From: a phage
Sequence record: PZ179883.1
Reading direction: 5' to 3' (one strand)
DNA length: 64,000 nucleotides
Shown piece by piece: positions 34,608-45,142 of this stretch (position 1 is its first letter; each line of letters opens with the position of its first letter). The notes beneath the pieces are model-generated. The model was not told where the DNA came from and searched no databases. It saw only the letters and a program-made list of their open reading frames with translations. The translations under genes were made by a program, and so were the position numbers.

Positions 34608-34882
34608 TCGAAATAATCTTCAATTTCGTAATCATGGACGTAAATCATTATAGTTTTTAATACATCATCAATACTTTTTCCTGGAGCTGGAATTACGTAA
34701 AAATATCCTGCTTTTGAGAGGTCTTTATAAGTTCCAACCAAGAAATCATTATTCTCAAGATGTAGTTCTTCAACTAATTCATTAACAATTGAGTGGTATA
34801 AATTTGGTAGAAACTTATATAGCTTTTCTAGAATATCAATTTTGATTGTGTATTGAACCACGGACTGAGAATCAATAATCAT
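34604..34882 (-). CDS. arn: Arn anti-restriction protein (McrBC inhibitor)
   Basis: 92-aa acidic ORF adjacent to asiA as in T4. Confidence 0.8.
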   Translation of the reverse strand: MIIDSQSVVQYTIKIDILEKLYKFLPNLYHSIVNELVEELHLENNDFLVGTYKDLSKAGYFYVIPAPGKSIDDVLKTIMIYVHDYEIEDYFE

Positions 34883-34965
34883 AGACCTTCCCCTTATGTT
34901 TCTGTTTGCGATTAGATTCTTTAAACGCTTTCTTCTTATCCTTATGAACAGAAGCTTTATTAAAA

Positions 34966-35184
34966 TTATGCTTTGCGACTAAATTGTTCATAGTGCTGAA
35001 TCACCTCTCTTAAACATTTGCATGTGAATGAAAACTTTTTAGCTACACCACATTCAAATATATGTTCTCTTAAATCACGTGTATCAGTATATCCCATCTC
35101 AACAATAAAATGCCGTATTAGATTTTTATCTTTATCATTGAGAGAGTTAAAATAATCGGATTTTGAATTAATTTCCCTGGCCAA
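34966..35184 (-). CDS. hypothetical protein
   Basis: 72-aa ORF. Confidence 0.45.
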   Translation of the reverse strand: MAREINSKSDYFNSLNDKDKNLIRHFIVEMGYTDTRDLREHIFECGVAKKFSFTCKCLREVIQHYEQFSRKA

Positions 35185-35464
35185 ATTGAATCACCTTCAG
35201 TTGACGTTTTAGTTCTTTTATCATTTCTTCGTTCATCGCAATATAAAGATCGCGTAAAGCAAGTTTTAGCATTCCATTTACTGGATAACTAAATGGGCAT
35301 ACATAATCTTTTCCTACGAGCTTTTTAGTGAATTCCATATCACAGAACTGAAATGCCGGTTCATTTGTATAAATTCCCCAATTAGTTGACATCATTTTAT
35401 TGGCATATTCCAACGCCTGGATTTGATTCTTAATTCCATCAATTTGAAACTTTTTAATATTCAT
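35168..35464 (-). CDS. hypothetical protein
   Basis: 98-aa ORF. Confidence 0.45.
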   Translation of the reverse strand: MNIKKFQIDGIKNQIQALEYANKMMSTNWGIYTNEPAFQFCDMEFTKKLVGKDYVCPFSYPVNGMLKLALRDLYIAMNEEMIKELKRQLKVIQFGQGN

Positions 35465-35931
35465 TAGTAAAGGTCCTCAGAGTAAAGTTCTTTTTCACTA
35501 CCACCACGTTCAATACGCACTTGTCCAGCGTAAGTTGCAATAATCATTGCTTCTTCACGTGTCCAGTAATTGCTATACTGGTCAATAAATCCTTGGTCTT
35601 CACCACAAACATGGTCTGATACAAGTTTATCACTTACCTGGTCAAGAACTTCAGCCATATCTTTAGAATAATGACGAGCACCAGGAATAACCAGAGTCCC
35701 ACCATCTTTTAACTTAAAGCGGTTGGCTGCACACACAATTCGACGTTGATATTTTTCATTATTGTTCCAATGAGCTACTTGCCAACAGATTTCAGGAACC
35801 TCTTCTAAAACATCCTCTTCCGTATATTCGGTGTAGTCGCCATAGGCCTGTAATTTAGCTGCTAGACTTTCTGGAGTTTCACGTAATAAAGCCAGGTCTA
35901 ATAATTCAAGACGCTCTTTGAAGGTTTTCAT
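35464..35931 (-). CDS. hypothetical protein
   Basis: 155-aa ORF. Confidence 0.5.
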   Translation of the reverse strand: MKTFKERLELLDLALLRETPESLAAKLQAYGDYTEYTEEDVLEEVPEICWQVAHWNNNEKYQRRIVCAANRFKLKDGGTLVIPGARHYSKDMAEVLDQVSDKLVSDHVCGEDQGFIDQYSNYWTREEAMIIATYAGQVRIERGGSEKELYSEDLY

Positions 35932-36083
35932 TTGGTTTCCTCAACACTTTTAATTTTTATAGCTTGTTTAGAACTTTCAAAGCATTGACAATATACTCTT
36001 ACCGCATCAAACTGGTTGGCCGCTTTAAGATGGACTACACCTTCGCCGTTATAAAATTCTACGACAATTTTAAATGTTTTCAT
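35928..36083 (-). CDS. small hypothetical protein
   Basis: 51-aa ORF not in the track, start and stop coupled (ATGA) to both neighbours. Confidence 0.3.
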   Translation of the reverse strand: MKTFKIVVEFYNGEGVVHLKAANQFDAVRVYCQCFESSKQAIKIKSVEETK

Positions 36084-36409
36084 TTAAACCATCCTTTAAT
36101 ACGTTGCCATAAAGTTTTCTGTTGAGCTTTGTTAACACCAATTGAGCGAATAACTGGTTGAGATTCATGGAATTCTTTATAATCAGCAAGGTAAATTTCG
36201 TAAGCTGAATCCATAAAGGAACTTATAGCTGCCATGAAATTATTGCGAATACCTACTGGAGCATCTTTACTTTCACGAATAATCATGTATTTGCCAGTCT
36301 TAATCTTTACAATAGTTCCAAGATAAGCCCCATGGTACCAGATGTCCCACCCCTCCTGAGTGGGTTCTGCACAACGACGAAGTTCATTGACAATTTCTAA
36401 CTTGTTCAT
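36080..36409 (-). CDS. hypothetical protein
   Basis: 109-aa ORF upstream of motA. Confidence 0.5.
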   Translation of the reverse strand: MNKLEIVNELRRCAEPTQEGWDIWYHGAYLGTIVKIKTGKYMIIRESKDAPVGIRNNFMAAISSFMDSAYEIYLADYKEFHESQPVIRSIGVNKAQQKTLWQRIKGWFK

Positions 36410-36419
36410 TATTTATTCC

Positions 36420-37055
36420 TCACAGTTCAGATGCTACAGTGATTACAGCTTCAATGTTTTCTGCCGAGCGTTTAATGTCAAGATACACATTACCGTTTTT
36501 AGCGATTTTACATGACATTCCGATGTCAGTAAATTTCTGAATATGATGTTCCATCATTTTGTATCCAAAAATTCGCATATTTCCATTGTTGTTAATTTCA
36601 AAATTACGAATTCCGTGAGTGCGTTTTTCTAAAATAGCGAGATAGTTACTGCGGTAAGTTTCAACCTTTTTAAGAACAAATCCATTTTCATCTAAAAGTT
36701 TTAACATGAAGTCTTTATCTTCTTCCATATCAGAAGTAATTTCGCGAGCTTTACGAGTTGCTCGTTTTTTCAGCAGTTCCGGAGCGTTTTCCTGTGCGTA
36801 TAAAGTTGCTGCATTTGAAATAATATCCTGAGCTTCACCAGTAATGATTAATCCATCACCAGATTTCTCCACCAGGCCTTTTTTAATCAATACCCCAATA
36901 TTACTATTAACTACTGCATTACCTAAATCTGGATGCGCCTCACGAACTTCTGCAGCTGTAATGAAATCTTTCTTAGCAATGGTAATTAAAATCGCAGCAG
37001 TTTTTTCATTCAGAATATCGTTAGAAGCTTTGATGATGTAAGTTACTTTAGACAT
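36420..37055 (-). CDS. motA: MotA middle-transcription activator
   Basis: 211-aa ORF MSKVTYIIKASNDILNEKTAAILITIAKKDF... matches T4 MotA. Confidence 0.9.
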   Translation of the reverse strand: MSKVTYIIKASNDILNEKTAAILITIAKKDFITAAEVREAHPDLGNAVVNSNIGVLIKKGLVEKSGDGLIITGEAQDIISNAATLYAQENAPELLKKRATRKAREITSDMEEDKDFMLKLLDENGFVLKKVETYRSNYLAILEKRTHGIRNFEINNNGNMRIFGYKMMEHHIQKFTDIGMSCKIAKNGNVYLDIKRSAENIEAVITVASEL

Positions 37056-37160
37056 TTTAATCTCCGTTTCAGTTCATTTATTTGATAGGTCTATAATATC
37101 ATGTTTAAAGCAGAAGTAAACACTTTTTTGCACTCTTTTTCAAGAGCTCTAATAAAGTAC

Positions 37161-37388
37161 TTACTTAATGTTCAGATTACGAACTTCGATTTCGTCTTCA
37201 TGGGCAAAATCAAACTGTTTGAATTCTGTGTCACCTTTAAATTTAAAAATCATTGTGAAGAAAGTCAGAACACCAGGTTTTTCTTCACGAACTCCACAGA
37301 TATCATATTCAATACCATCTACAACCAGTTTGTTAGCAGTCAGAGCATTTTTAGCTTTAACGATTTCGTTTTCGATTTTAAATTTCAT
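37161..37388 (-). CDS. hypothetical protein
   Basis: 75-aa ORF with GGAG RBS directly downstream of an early-promoter motif. Confidence 0.5.
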   Translation of the reverse strand: MKFKIENEIVKAKNALTANKLVVDGIEYDICGVREEKPGVLTFFTMIFKFKGDTEFKQFDFAHEDEIEVRNLNIK

Positions 37389-37437
37389 TTTTTGTATCTC
37401 CGGGTTGTTTGTTTCAGTTCATTTAGTTGATAGTTGT

Positions 37438-37466
37438 ATAGTACCACAGTATGCTTTGGTTGTAAA
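37438..37466 (-). promoter_or_regulatory. early promoter (T4-type sigma-70)
   Basis: Minus strand: GGTTTACA, 17 nt, TGGTACTAT; directly after the terminator at 37498..37528. Confidence 0.55.
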
Positions 37467-37497
37467 CCGTTTTGTGAAAAAATTTTAAAATAAAAAA

Positions 37498-37528
37498 AGG
37501 GAGAGCCGAGGCTCTCCCTAAAATTACT
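37498..37528 (-). terminator. rho-independent terminator
   Basis: Minus strand GGGAGAGC-CUCG-GCUCUCCC followed by UUUUUUUAUUUU; after ORF 37524..37673. Confidence 0.65.
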
Positions 37529-37673
37529 GCATGACTGTGATAACTGTCATGATAACGCGTTGAATTCCGAACGCAAGAAGACCTCCTGCTACGGCTGGAA
37601 CAACACCTAAACCCGCCAGTAAAATGCTACCAGATACTAATGCCGCGCTTGTAATACCTATGAATGGACTCAT
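37524..37673 (-). CDS. small hydrophobic membrane peptide
   Basis: 49-aa ORF MSPFIGITSAALVSGSILLAGLGVVPAVAGGLL..., ATGA overlap with gene 52 stop; strong terminator right after. Confidence 0.4.
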   Translation of the reverse strand: MSPFIGITSAALVSGSILLAGLGVVPAVAGGLLAFGIQRVIMTVITVMQ

Positions 37674-38998
37674 TTGATTTCCTCTAAATCTTTAGTGTAT
37701 TCTGTAACTACATCAGTAGTTTTCCAATATTCGTTTTCTTCTTTTTTGGCTTTAGCTTCTTCAGCAAGTTTCTTTGCTTCGTCGGAAGTCATATGAAAAA
37801 TGTTCATTCCAACTAGTTTATCAACATAAGAAGAATACATATCAATTTTAGAAAGTTCTTCGGTCAGTTCTTTGCGAGTTTTACCTTGTACAACAATTTC
37901 ACCTGAAATTACTTTCTTAATGAAATGTGCCTTGGCAAAAGCTAAACGAAATGCTGATTCAGTTTCTTTGATTTTGTTATCAATTCGTTTTTGGACATAA
38001 GTTTTACGAACTTCAACGAAGTCTTTGATTAAATTAACTACATTATCGTAAACTTGCAGCTTTCCTTTCTCATTAATGACGGTAATATTCTGGGAACGAC
38101 GCTCAATCAACCCGAAGTCTTTCATAATTTTTGCATGGCGTTCTTCTTCATTATCGCTCAAAGAGTATTCTTTTCGGAATTTAACTTTGAAGCCAAAGCC
38201 ATGCTCACCACAAGCATCATCCCATGTAATGAAGCCTTTATCTTCAAGCGGGTCTAAGATTTTACTCACATAAGTTTCACGATCATACTTATATGGAATC
38301 TCAGTGATATGCATTTGAGTTCGTGAAGTAAACTTATATGTTCCACGAATTTCATATTGCCCATCAATTTCAACGACTTCACCACGAAATTCTGGGAATT
38401 CTACCTTCGGTTTAGTTACTTTCTTTCCTTGAAGAGCTTGCAGTACAGCTTTCTTGACAGAAGAAACACTATGAGGAAGAATGTAAGTTGCATAACCAGT
38501 TGCAATACCGGAAACGCCATTAAGAAGAACAGTAGGAATAATAGGCAAATAGAAAGCAGGCGGAATGTGTTCTTTATCTTGATGTACTGGAGCATATTCA
38601 GTATCTTTATATACGTTATAGAAATTTTTACTTACACGAGCAAAAATATAACGACTTGCTGCTGCCTTTTGGACAGTACGAGAACCAAAGTTTCCTTGAC
38701 CGTCTAACAGAGGAAAGTTATTATTCCAAGTGTTAGCCATCAAAGCACCTGCGTCTTGTGCAGAGTTTTCACCATGATGATATCCAAGGTCCGCTACACC
38801 GCCTGCGATAGAAGCGAGTTTGTGAAACTTATCTTTATTTCCTCGTGCCAAATCAAGAGCTCGAGCAATAACAAATCGTTGAACTGGCTTAAATCCGTCA
38901 ATCATATTTGGAATGGCACGATTTTCAACCGTGTACATAGCATAAGCCAATGCTTCATTATCAATGATACTTTTTAAATCACGATTATTCAGTTGCAT
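37670..38998 (-). CDS. 52: DNA topoisomerase II medium subunit gp52 (GyrA-like)
   Basis: 442-aa ORF with the catalytic-tyrosine region; matches T4 gp52. Confidence 0.92.
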   Translation of the reverse strand: MQLNNRDLKSIIDNEALAYAMYTVENRAIPNMIDGFKPVQRFVIARALDLARGNKDKFHKLASIAGGVADLGYHHGENSAQDAGALMANTWNNNFPLLDGQGNFGSRTVQKAAASRYIFARVSKNFYNVYKDTEYAPVHQDKEHIPPAFYLPIIPTVLLNGVSGIATGYATYILPHSVSSVKKAVLQALQGKKVTKPKVEFPEFRGEVVEIDGQYEIRGTYKFTSRTQMHITEIPYKYDRETYVSKILDPLEDKGFITWDDACGEHGFGFKVKFRKEYSLSDNEEERHAKIMKDFGLIERRSQNITVINEKGKLQVYDNVVNLIKDFVEVRKTYVQKRIDNKIKETESAFRLAFAKAHFIKKVISGEIVVQGKTRKELTEELSKIDMYSSYVDKLVGMNIFHMTSDEAKKLAEEAKAKKEENEYWKTTDVVTEYTKDLEEIK

Positions 38999-39002
38999 AA
39001 AT

Positions 39003-39143
39003 TTACCATACTAGTGAATGTAGTGCCATAATAACATCAGAAATGAAAAGCACGACTTGAATTAATCCGAACATTATTCCGTAATATAATGCTATCAATA
39101 AAATAGCAAGGGCTAATGAATAGCCCAAGATTTTCTTAATCAT
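39003..39143 (-). CDS. small hydrophobic membrane peptide
   Basis: 46-aa ORF MIKKILGYSLALAILLIALYYGIMFGL..., hand-translated. Confidence 0.35.
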   Translation of the reverse strand: MIKKILGYSLALAILLIALYYGIMFGLIQVVLFISDVIMALHSLVW

Positions 39144-39294
39144 TAGTAGATAACAACACAAATGTTAAATATGCACACATACCCTGAGCTAAAGCTTGCG
39201 AAAACACACTGCTGGCATCAATACAGATAGTTAAAACACATGCTACTATCCAACAAATAAATGAAATAACTCCTAATAATTTTGCGATATTCAT
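39136..39294 (-). CDS. ac: small membrane protein, probable Ac (acridine sensitivity)
   Basis: 52-aa hydrophobic ORF in the T4 ac position between 52 and stp. Confidence 0.5.
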   Translation of the reverse strand: MNIAKLLGVISFICWIVACVLTICIDASSVFSQALAQGMCAYLTFVLLSTND

Positions 39295-39301
39295 ATTTTC
39301 C

Positions 39302-39382
39302 TCACTGGCGTCCGAAGACGCCTTTAGTTTTAAGATTATTACGATAGAACTGCATCACGTGTTCGTTGTGGAAATTACTCAT
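39302..39382 (-). CDS. stp: Stp peptide (inhibitor of EcoprrI restriction, activator of PrrC anticodon nuclease)
   Basis: 26-codon [29 protein letters not shown], identical in length and sequence to T4 Stp as recalled; ATG overlaps ndd stop. Confidence 0.85.
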
Positions 39383-39840
39383 TAATATGCCTGCAAAACG
39401 AATTTAAAATTATCAGCCAACATACGGTTCATTTCTTCAAGTGTTTGATACTCAGAATGATGATTACGAGTAAACGCTAAAGCTAACTGTCCTTTTCCAA
39501 ATCCCGTCGTCAAAGGTTTCATCTTAGAAGCAGGCAGATAAAATACTGTGTATGGAACATTGTTATTTGCAATAGTACGTGCAAGCTGAGACCGACGTTG
39601 ACGAATATGACTTAGAACTGCACTGAATCCTTGCTTAGAACGCTGATTACCTACATAAAATCGTGCAGACACGCATGGATTACTAAATGGACGACCATCT
39701 AATTTACTCACTAAAAAGTAAAATCCAGGTTTAGATAAAAAGTCTTTATGCGGAGTTCCCAAAAACCATTCACCGTTCTTGATTGTACCAATAACGGTAG
39801 CGCCCGCATTATTCAGATCAGTAGCAGTCATATATTTCAT
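39382..39840 (-). CDS. ndd: Ndd nucleoid-disruption protein
   Basis: Start at [28 protein letters not shown]...; matches T4 Ndd. Confidence 0.85.
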
Positions 39841-39900
39841 ATTAATTTCCTCTAAATTATTTTCTACTCCAAGGCCGCATGAATACACGCAGCCATTAAA

Positions 39901-40116
39901 TTAATCGTCGCAGTCGACGCTCAATTCCCAAAACTCTTCTACGATATAAGTTTCAGTATCATTTTCAATACAGAAACGTTCATTACTGTTATTTGCTAAA
40001 GTAGCATTAACTGTCGGTTTCTCGCTAGTGCTCTTAAGAGGTGAAATACGAATTAACTGATCACCATTATCTAAACAAAAAATTTCACCAACTTTTACAT
40101 CTTTAAAGATTTTCAT
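39901..40116 (-). CDS. hypothetical protein
   Basis: 71-aa ORF. Confidence 0.45.
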   Translation of the reverse strand: MKIFKDVKVGEIFCLDNGDQLIRISPLKSTSEKPTVNATLANNSNERFCIENDTETYIVEEFWELSVDCDD

Positions 40117-40231
40117 AATTCACCTCAAGGAGTATAAAATCCAAACGCAGTTGTTGACCATCCCATCCAATATGGGAAATTTGCGCCAATGTAAAACATA
40201 AGAATATAAAACCAACCGCTCAGCAAATTCA

Positions 40232-40429
40232 TCATTTTACACCATTCCAAATTGTTTCAACCACGGATTTTAAACCATTTTGATGAATGTCCATTCCAAC
40301 TACCGCCATCAAATAGATTCCAACTACAACTGAACCTAAGGCAAAAATCAGCATGAAAATGAATAAAGCCGGAAAAATATTATCGAAAAACCATTCAATA
40401 AATGTAAAAGCACTGCGTTTACGCTTCAT
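40232..40429 (-). CDS. small membrane protein
   Basis: Start at MKRKRSAFTF with GAGGA RBS; one or two predicted transmembrane helices. Confidence 0.45.
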   Translation of the reverse strand: MKRKRSAFTFIEWFFDNIFPALFIFMLIFALGSVVVGIYLMAVVGMDIHQNGLKSVVETIWNGVK

Positions 40430-40436
40430 ATTTTCC

Positions 40437-40550
40437 TCACATAAATCCAAAGTAAGCGTTTAATACATCAATCATTAAAACGATTGGGAATATACTCAAA
40501 ACTACTAGTATTATAACTACATTCCATATAGCTTTAACAATCTTTTTCAT
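40437..40550 (-). CDS. small membrane peptide
   Basis: 37-aa ORF MKKIVKAIWNVVIILVVLSIFPIVLMIDVLNAYFGFM with GGAGG RBS; the longer track ORF would start upstream of its own promoter. Confidence 0.4.
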   Translation of the reverse strand: MKKIVKAIWNVVIILVVLSIFPIVLMIDVLNAYFGFM

Positions 40551-40578
40551 TTTCTGTTCCTCCGTAGTTGATAGGGTA

Positions 40579-40607
40579 ATAGTACCACGGAAGAACAGTC
40601 TTGTAAA
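40579..40607 (-). promoter_or_regulatory. early promoter (T4-type sigma-70)
   Basis: Minus strand: GTTTACA, 17 nt, TGGTACTAT. Confidence 0.5.
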
Positions 40608-40793
40608 CAACTTTTTTAAAAATATTCGTAATAAATGTGAATACCAACTACTACCGCTGAAACCTGTGCAACCCACCACGCACAAGCAATAAGTACAGAA
40701 TTCAAAATTTTCATAATAACCTCATTACAAAAGTAAATGTTAAACAAATTAATGGAATACTAATTAACCAAACAAAACACCACCATAGTGAAC

Positions 40794-41057
40794 TCATAGT
40801 TCAATCTCAGCGATTTTCATTTCATTACTATTAATAGCCGCTTTAAGACTATCTGAAAGAATTACATTCCAGTGGTCATTCATATGACCATTAACTAAGC
40901 GTGTAATTTCTTCGGGAGTTGAAAAATAAGGCGTATCAGACTCCCAATGCGATAATCCTAAGCGAGTATAAATCATGCCTTCATCATCGCTAGAATATTC
41001 AACTGACACAAACTCATCAGTTATTTTATGTTTAGCGTAATAAAATTTAAATTTCAT
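40794..41057 (-). CDS. hypothetical protein
   Basis: Start at the internal ATG 41055-41057 (MKFKFYYAKHK...) with GGAGAG RBS, downstream of the early-promoter motif at 41092-41120. Confidence 0.5.
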   Translation of the reverse strand: MKFKFYYAKHKITDEFVSVEYSSDDEGMIYTRLGLSHWESDTPYFSTPEEITRLVNGHMNDHWNVILSDSLKAAINSNEMKIAEIEL

Positions 41058-41091
41058 TTTACTCTCCAAATCCGTATCAGTTGATAGTTGT

Positions 41092-41120
41092 ATAGTACCA
41101 CGGTCCTTGTGGTATGTAAA
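41092..41120 (-). promoter_or_regulatory. early promoter (T4-type sigma-70)
   Basis: Minus strand: GGTTTACA, 17 nt, TGGTACTAT; just downstream of denB. Confidence 0.55.
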
Positions 41121-41137
41121 CCGTTTTGTGAAAATTT

Positions 41138-41695
41138 TTAAATGGAAAGATACCATCCGTTGTAGTTGCTTTTTCTTACAACCTTACGAAGGTCTTCTCT
41201 GTCACCGATGAACTTCGGAGTGTACTGGATGACACCTGGATGAATTTCTTTAGTGTTGAATATAATTATACAGTCAGCGACTTGATGATTTAGAATGGGC
41301 CCTAGATTTATTCCAGAACCATATGGATACTCTCCGCTGCATCCTGTTGTCACCGAAATCCAACGTGAGTCAGTTTGATGTGTCTTAACTTCTACACGAA
41401 GCCCGCAGTATCTTGGATGCGCCAATACATCCCATGCATATGTGTACGGATCATCGACATCTTCTTGACCTTTGTTAACATACCCGCTCAGCCAATCTGC
41501 TACAAAAAACTCTGCGTACACAGCGATACGGCATCTTTCGATAACTTCTGCCTTATCCTGATTTGGGTTTTGTTTTAAAGAGTATCTTGCAGTATCAACA
41601 ATTTTGACCTTCATTTCACTAGTCAAGTCACTGTTCGATAGGGTAAATGTCGGAATCTGAAATAGTCTCTGTAACCCCGGATTCGTTTTCTGCAT
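41138..41695 (-). CDS. denB: endonuclease IV (dC-specific ssDNA endonuclease)
   Basis: 185-aa ORF MQKTNPGLQRLFQIPTFTLSNSDL... matches T4 DenB. Confidence 0.85.
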   Translation of the reverse strand: MQKTNPGLQRLFQIPTFTLSNSDLTSEMKVKIVDTARYSLKQNPNQDKAEVIERCRIAVYAEFFVADWLSGYVNKGQEDVDDPYTYAWDVLAHPRYCGLRVEVKTHQTDSRWISVTTGCSGEYPYGSGINLGPILNHQVADCIIIFNTKEIHPGVIQYTPKFIGDREDLRKVVRKSNYNGWYLSI

Positions 41696-41764
41696 TTAAA
41701 CTTTCCTTTTATGTCTGAATCACTGGTATTCATATAATAAATCATAATTTCTCTTAAAACAAAA

Positions 41765-41776
41765 GGGCCGAAGCCC
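41765..41776 (-). other. intercistronic UUCG-tetraloop hairpin
   Basis: Minus strand GGGC-UUCG-GCCC downstream of ORF 41782..41976. Confidence 0.45.
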
Positions 41777-41781
41777 TTATT

Positions 41782-41976
41782 TTATTTGAATTGTGCAATT
41801 CTTTTCTCTAGACATTCAGCATAAGATTTCATTGAGATAAACTGCGAAAGTAACAGTTCTTGCTCAACTGCATTAACTGTTAGAAACTTTGCGCTTTCTA
41901 AAAATTTGCTCAGTGCATTAATTTTGAGCATTAATTGATCGTATTCTTCTTTTACTCGTGCTTGATAACCTAACAT
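41782..41976 (-). CDS. hypothetical protein
   Basis: 64-aa ORF flanked by UUCG hairpins. Confidence 0.45.
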   Translation of the reverse strand: MLGYQARVKEEYDQLMLKINALSKFLESAKFLTVNAVEQELLLSQFISMKSYAECLEKRIAQFK

Positions 41977-41992
41977 AATTTTCCTCAGTTAA

Positions 41993-42004
41993 GGGCCGAA
42001 GCCC
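41993..42004 (-). other. intercistronic UUCG-tetraloop hairpin
   Basis: Same GGGCUUCGGCCC sequence immediately after the rIIB stop, followed by the next RBS. Confidence 0.45.
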
Positions 42005-42943
42005 TTATTTAAATTGTTCAGTAACGTCTTCAACTACTTCGTATTGGCAGGTACGCATTTTAGCGTCGTTGTAATCAATCGGAATTGATACTACATCACG
42101 CGGATGCACTTTAACTTTTACAACTCGACTGGTTGAACTACCAAAGTGACGAATATAAGATTTAGAACACACATGCAGACCACGAGAACAAGTTTGTGTA
42201 TCATCGTCATTTACACGAGTACGTGGCATTTTAACTACTTTACCAGGACTGTTATCAAAAGTATTTGAATGACAGTCAAAGTAATTACTGCGAACTACTT
42301 TCCAAGCATAGAAGTAACCATCTTCTGTAATTTCAATATCGTTTGCTACCAAGAAATCAAAGAGTCGAGATACCGCTTTTTGGCTTGGGTTTTCCAACAG
42401 ATTTTCCAAGAACGGAAAATAGAATTCAAAGTTTTCGCCTTTTTCCATCGAGTCAAGAATACGATCAACCAAACCAGATCGCAATTCAATATTTTGATAG
42501 AACAAGCTTCCACCTTCAATTCGAACATCGCCGGAAATATATTTTTCAACAGCGCGACGAACATTAATTTTTTGTGCCGCTTCTTCCAACTTATCCGCTA
42601 CAAGCAGATTAAGAATTTCCTGGAAGTTTGAATGAGTATTAGGAGTTGCGTTATAAGTTACACCGTCAACAGTAATTGAAATGAATTTTTTAGATGCATT
42701 CCAAATAATGTCAGATTTAGCAACTGGAGCAATAACTACATCGCTATTAACTTTAACTGTAATATCACCGCTAATAGTAACTTTAGAGCGTTTAGCTTCT
42801 TCAGCATTTTTCAAAACACGACGGATTGTGTCAACCGATACACCTTGCCAATCAGCCAATTCCTGTTGGGTGTAATTACCACTTGAATACAGCTTAACAA
42901 TTTCAGCTTGTTCGTTTTTGGTCAGGCATTTAATATTGTACAT
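42005..42943 (-). CDS. rIIB: rIIB protein
   Basis: 312-aa ORF MYNIKCLTKNEQAEIVKLYSSGNYTQQELADW... matches T4 rIIB. Confidence 0.92.
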   Translation of the reverse strand: MYNIKCLTKNEQAEIVKLYSSGNYTQQELADWQGVSVDTIRRVLKNAEEAKRSKVTISGDITVKVNSDVVIAPVAKSDIIWNASKKFISITVDGVTYNATPNTHSNFQEILNLLVADKLEEAAQKINVRRAVEKYISGDVRIEGGSLFYQNIELRSGLVDRILDSMEKGENFEFYFPFLENLLENPSQKAVSRLFDFLVANDIEITEDGYFYAWKVVRSNYFDCHSNTFDNSPGKVVKMPRTRVNDDDTQTCSRGLHVCSKSYIRHFGSSTSRVVKVKVHPRDVVSIPIDYNDAKMRTCQYEVVEDVTEQFK

Positions 42944-42954
42944 AATTTTCCTTA

Positions 42955-45132
42955 TTAGGCCGCAAGGGCCTTCATAGTTTTAGCGATTTGAGAAACTTCA
43001 TCATCACTTAAAGAGTTGCGATAACCGATGAAGTCGGAAACAATACGGAATTTCTTGGTAAACTCAGCAACCATTTTATCACTGTTTTTTGAAGCATTAT
43101 TTGATAATACATCAAAAAGATTAGTTACTGTCCAGATGTCATGACCGATGGTATCTTTTCCACCGTTGAAATATACACCCTGTAATGAACTAACCATATT
43201 AGCGAGTCGTGTATATTCTTCAGAAACTTCATCTACACTGAAGTACTTCATCATAAAATCTAGTTCAGGATACTTGATAATTTTATCAATATATCGTTTA
43301 GCTGAACTTGAATAACCTACATACTTATCATAATCTACATCATCAAAAGCATCTACATATAAATCACGCAGAGTTTCAAAAATACATTGGCACTGACCAA
43401 GTTCTTTTACCTTTTTCTGTAAAAGCGGACGAATAACATAAAATTCATTAATGCCAATAAGATTAGCTATACGAATCAAAATATTCGTAGATGGATGACA
43501 AAGCGATGTAGTACCATCCATAGAGAAAATATCAGAACGATGCATGTATGCTACATAACCAGTAATTTCATCTGCTTCTGATGTGAGCGTAAACAGTTCC
43601 TCTTTTTCCCAGCGCCCGTCTTTAATTTCAAACTTAAATGCAGTAGCAGTTTTAGGACGAGAAGCTGTACTTTTTACTGCCTTTGGAATATAACTTTTAA
43701 CTAAAGCCTCAATTTCTGACAAATAATGAATGTTAACTTCATCACTTTCAAACATCGCCATAATATCAGGGAGTAAATCAATTTGTGATTCTACTTCCGG
43801 ATTAATAAACAGAAGGCGTTCGTTGTGATGAATATTCAAAGTGTTATTAAATTCATTATCATCTAACGCACGTGCTAATCCACGGACAATATTAACACGA
43901 TTTTTAATATTATCAATAACGATATTAATTTTTGTTGTATTAATACCAAACAGACGATAACTTGATGCAACGGCTGAAGTTTCATGGCTTTGCTTAATGC
44001 GCTTCAGTCGAGGGTCAAGATTTACTTCATACACAACTCCTGCATTGCATAACTTACTATCAGGTTCAAACATACTCTGCATCTTCTTATATGACAGATT
44101 TTTAGTCGTGAATTTGACTGAATTGCTAATCATATAATCTCGAGCAGAATATCCCATCTTCATCAATTCACGGTATGTATGACGAGGAGATGTAGATTCT
44201 TTAAATCGTTTTACATCTTCATTAAATGCCTTCTCACTGAGCTCTTTAACACGCTCAATAATATTTTTACGAGTACGATCATCTAGTGAAAGAGCCTCGC
44301 GAGATGGAGCAATATCAAGTGAACCCATTGGAAACTTAATGTAATTCACTTCATTGCGAATGCTTAGCCAGTTACGGTCTCTAATAACACCATCGATAGG
44401 ATAAACAATACCGCCATAGATAGCATATAATCCACCACGATCAGGCCAGTATCTTTCTGGATTTACACCGTAATAGTCATCAAAATCCGGAAAATAATCA
44501 ATTTCGCGGTCAAGACCATTAATGATAGCCAAATCTTTGAATGGTCGCATGATATAAGAAACTTCATAAGCAAAGTTTCTAAAGTCTTTTTCTTCAACTG
44601 GAACTACGATTTCAATACCAGTTTTATCATCTGGACCCATTTCTTTTACGAATGTAGGTTTAATCTGTGGACCATCACCATCCATGTAAGCTACATAACC
44701 ACGAATTTCACCTTTATGATACGAAGTAATACTAAATGTATCAGTATAACTAAACGGAGATTTAGAACCTAAACCAAACCCGCCAATAAAGTCATTAGAT
44801 TCAGCCTTAGATGAACTGAAGTATGAATTATATAACCCAGGAGAATTATCATCACCCTGAATATCAAAATCACTCATACCCGGACCAAAATCTCGACAAA
44901 CAAATCGCGGATCTAATCGTCCTGGAACTTGTATGATAAATTTTTCAGGATTTCCATTAAGTGCATGGGCATCAATCATATTAGTAATTAATTCACGGAC
45001 TACTGCACGAATCTTGTTTGTATACAAATCAGATGACAGAATTTTAAATACTTTAGGAGATGCTGTGATGCTAAATGCTTTTGATTTAGAACCATTGCCA
45101 AGAATTGTTTCTTTTTCAGTGGTGATAATCAT
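42955..45132 (-). CDS. rIIA: rIIA protein
   Basis: 725-aa ORF (T4 rIIA length) with N-terminal ATPase-like region; 11-nt gap to rIIB. Confidence 0.92.
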   Translation of the reverse strand: MIITTEKETILGNGSKSKAFSITASPKVFKILSSDLYTNKIRAVVRELITNMIDAHALNGNPEKFIIQVPGRLDPRFVCRDFGPGMSDFDIQGDDNSPGLYNSYFSSSKAESNDFIGGFGLGSKSPFSYTDTFSITSYHKGEIRGYVAYMDGDGPQIKPTFVKEMGPDDKTGIEIVVPVEEKDFRNFAYEVSYIMRPFKDLAIINGLDREIDYFPDFDDYYGVNPERYWPDRGGLYAIYGGIVYPIDGVIRDRNWLSIRNEVNYIKFPMGSLDIAPSREALSLDDRTRKNIIERVKELSEKAFNEDVKRFKESTSPRHTYRELMKMGYSARDYMISNSVKFTTKNLSYKKMQSMFEPDSKLCNAGVVYEVNLDPRLKRIKQSHETSAVASSYRLFGINTTKINIVIDNIKNRVNIVRGLARALDDNEFNNTLNIHHNERLLFINPEVESQIDLLPDIMAMFESDEVNIHYLSEIEALVKSYIPKAVKSTASRPKTATAFKFEIKDGRWEKEELFTLTSEADEITGYVAYMHRSDIFSMDGTTSLCHPSTNILIRIANLIGINEFYVIRPLLQKKVKELGQCQCIFETLRDLYVDAFDDVDYDKYVGYSSSAKRYIDKIIKYPELDFMMKYFSVDEVSEEYTRLANMVSSLQGVYFNGGKDTIGHDIWTVTNLFDVLSNNASKNSDKMVAEFTKKFRIVSDFIGYRNSLSDDEVSQIAKTMKALAA

Positions 45133-45142
45133 AATTTCCTCA

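Noticed and set aside
40685-41156. Long N-terminal extensions of ORFs 40437..40685, 40794..41156 and 50024..50563
   Set aside because: Each extension contains a complete early-promoter motif; the internal ATGs with proper RBSs downstream of the promoters are the likelier starts.
42958-42970. GGCCGCAAGGGCC stem-loop at the rIIA/rIIB junction
   Set aside because: It falls within the last codons of rIIA (…KALAA) and is adequately explained as coding sequence.
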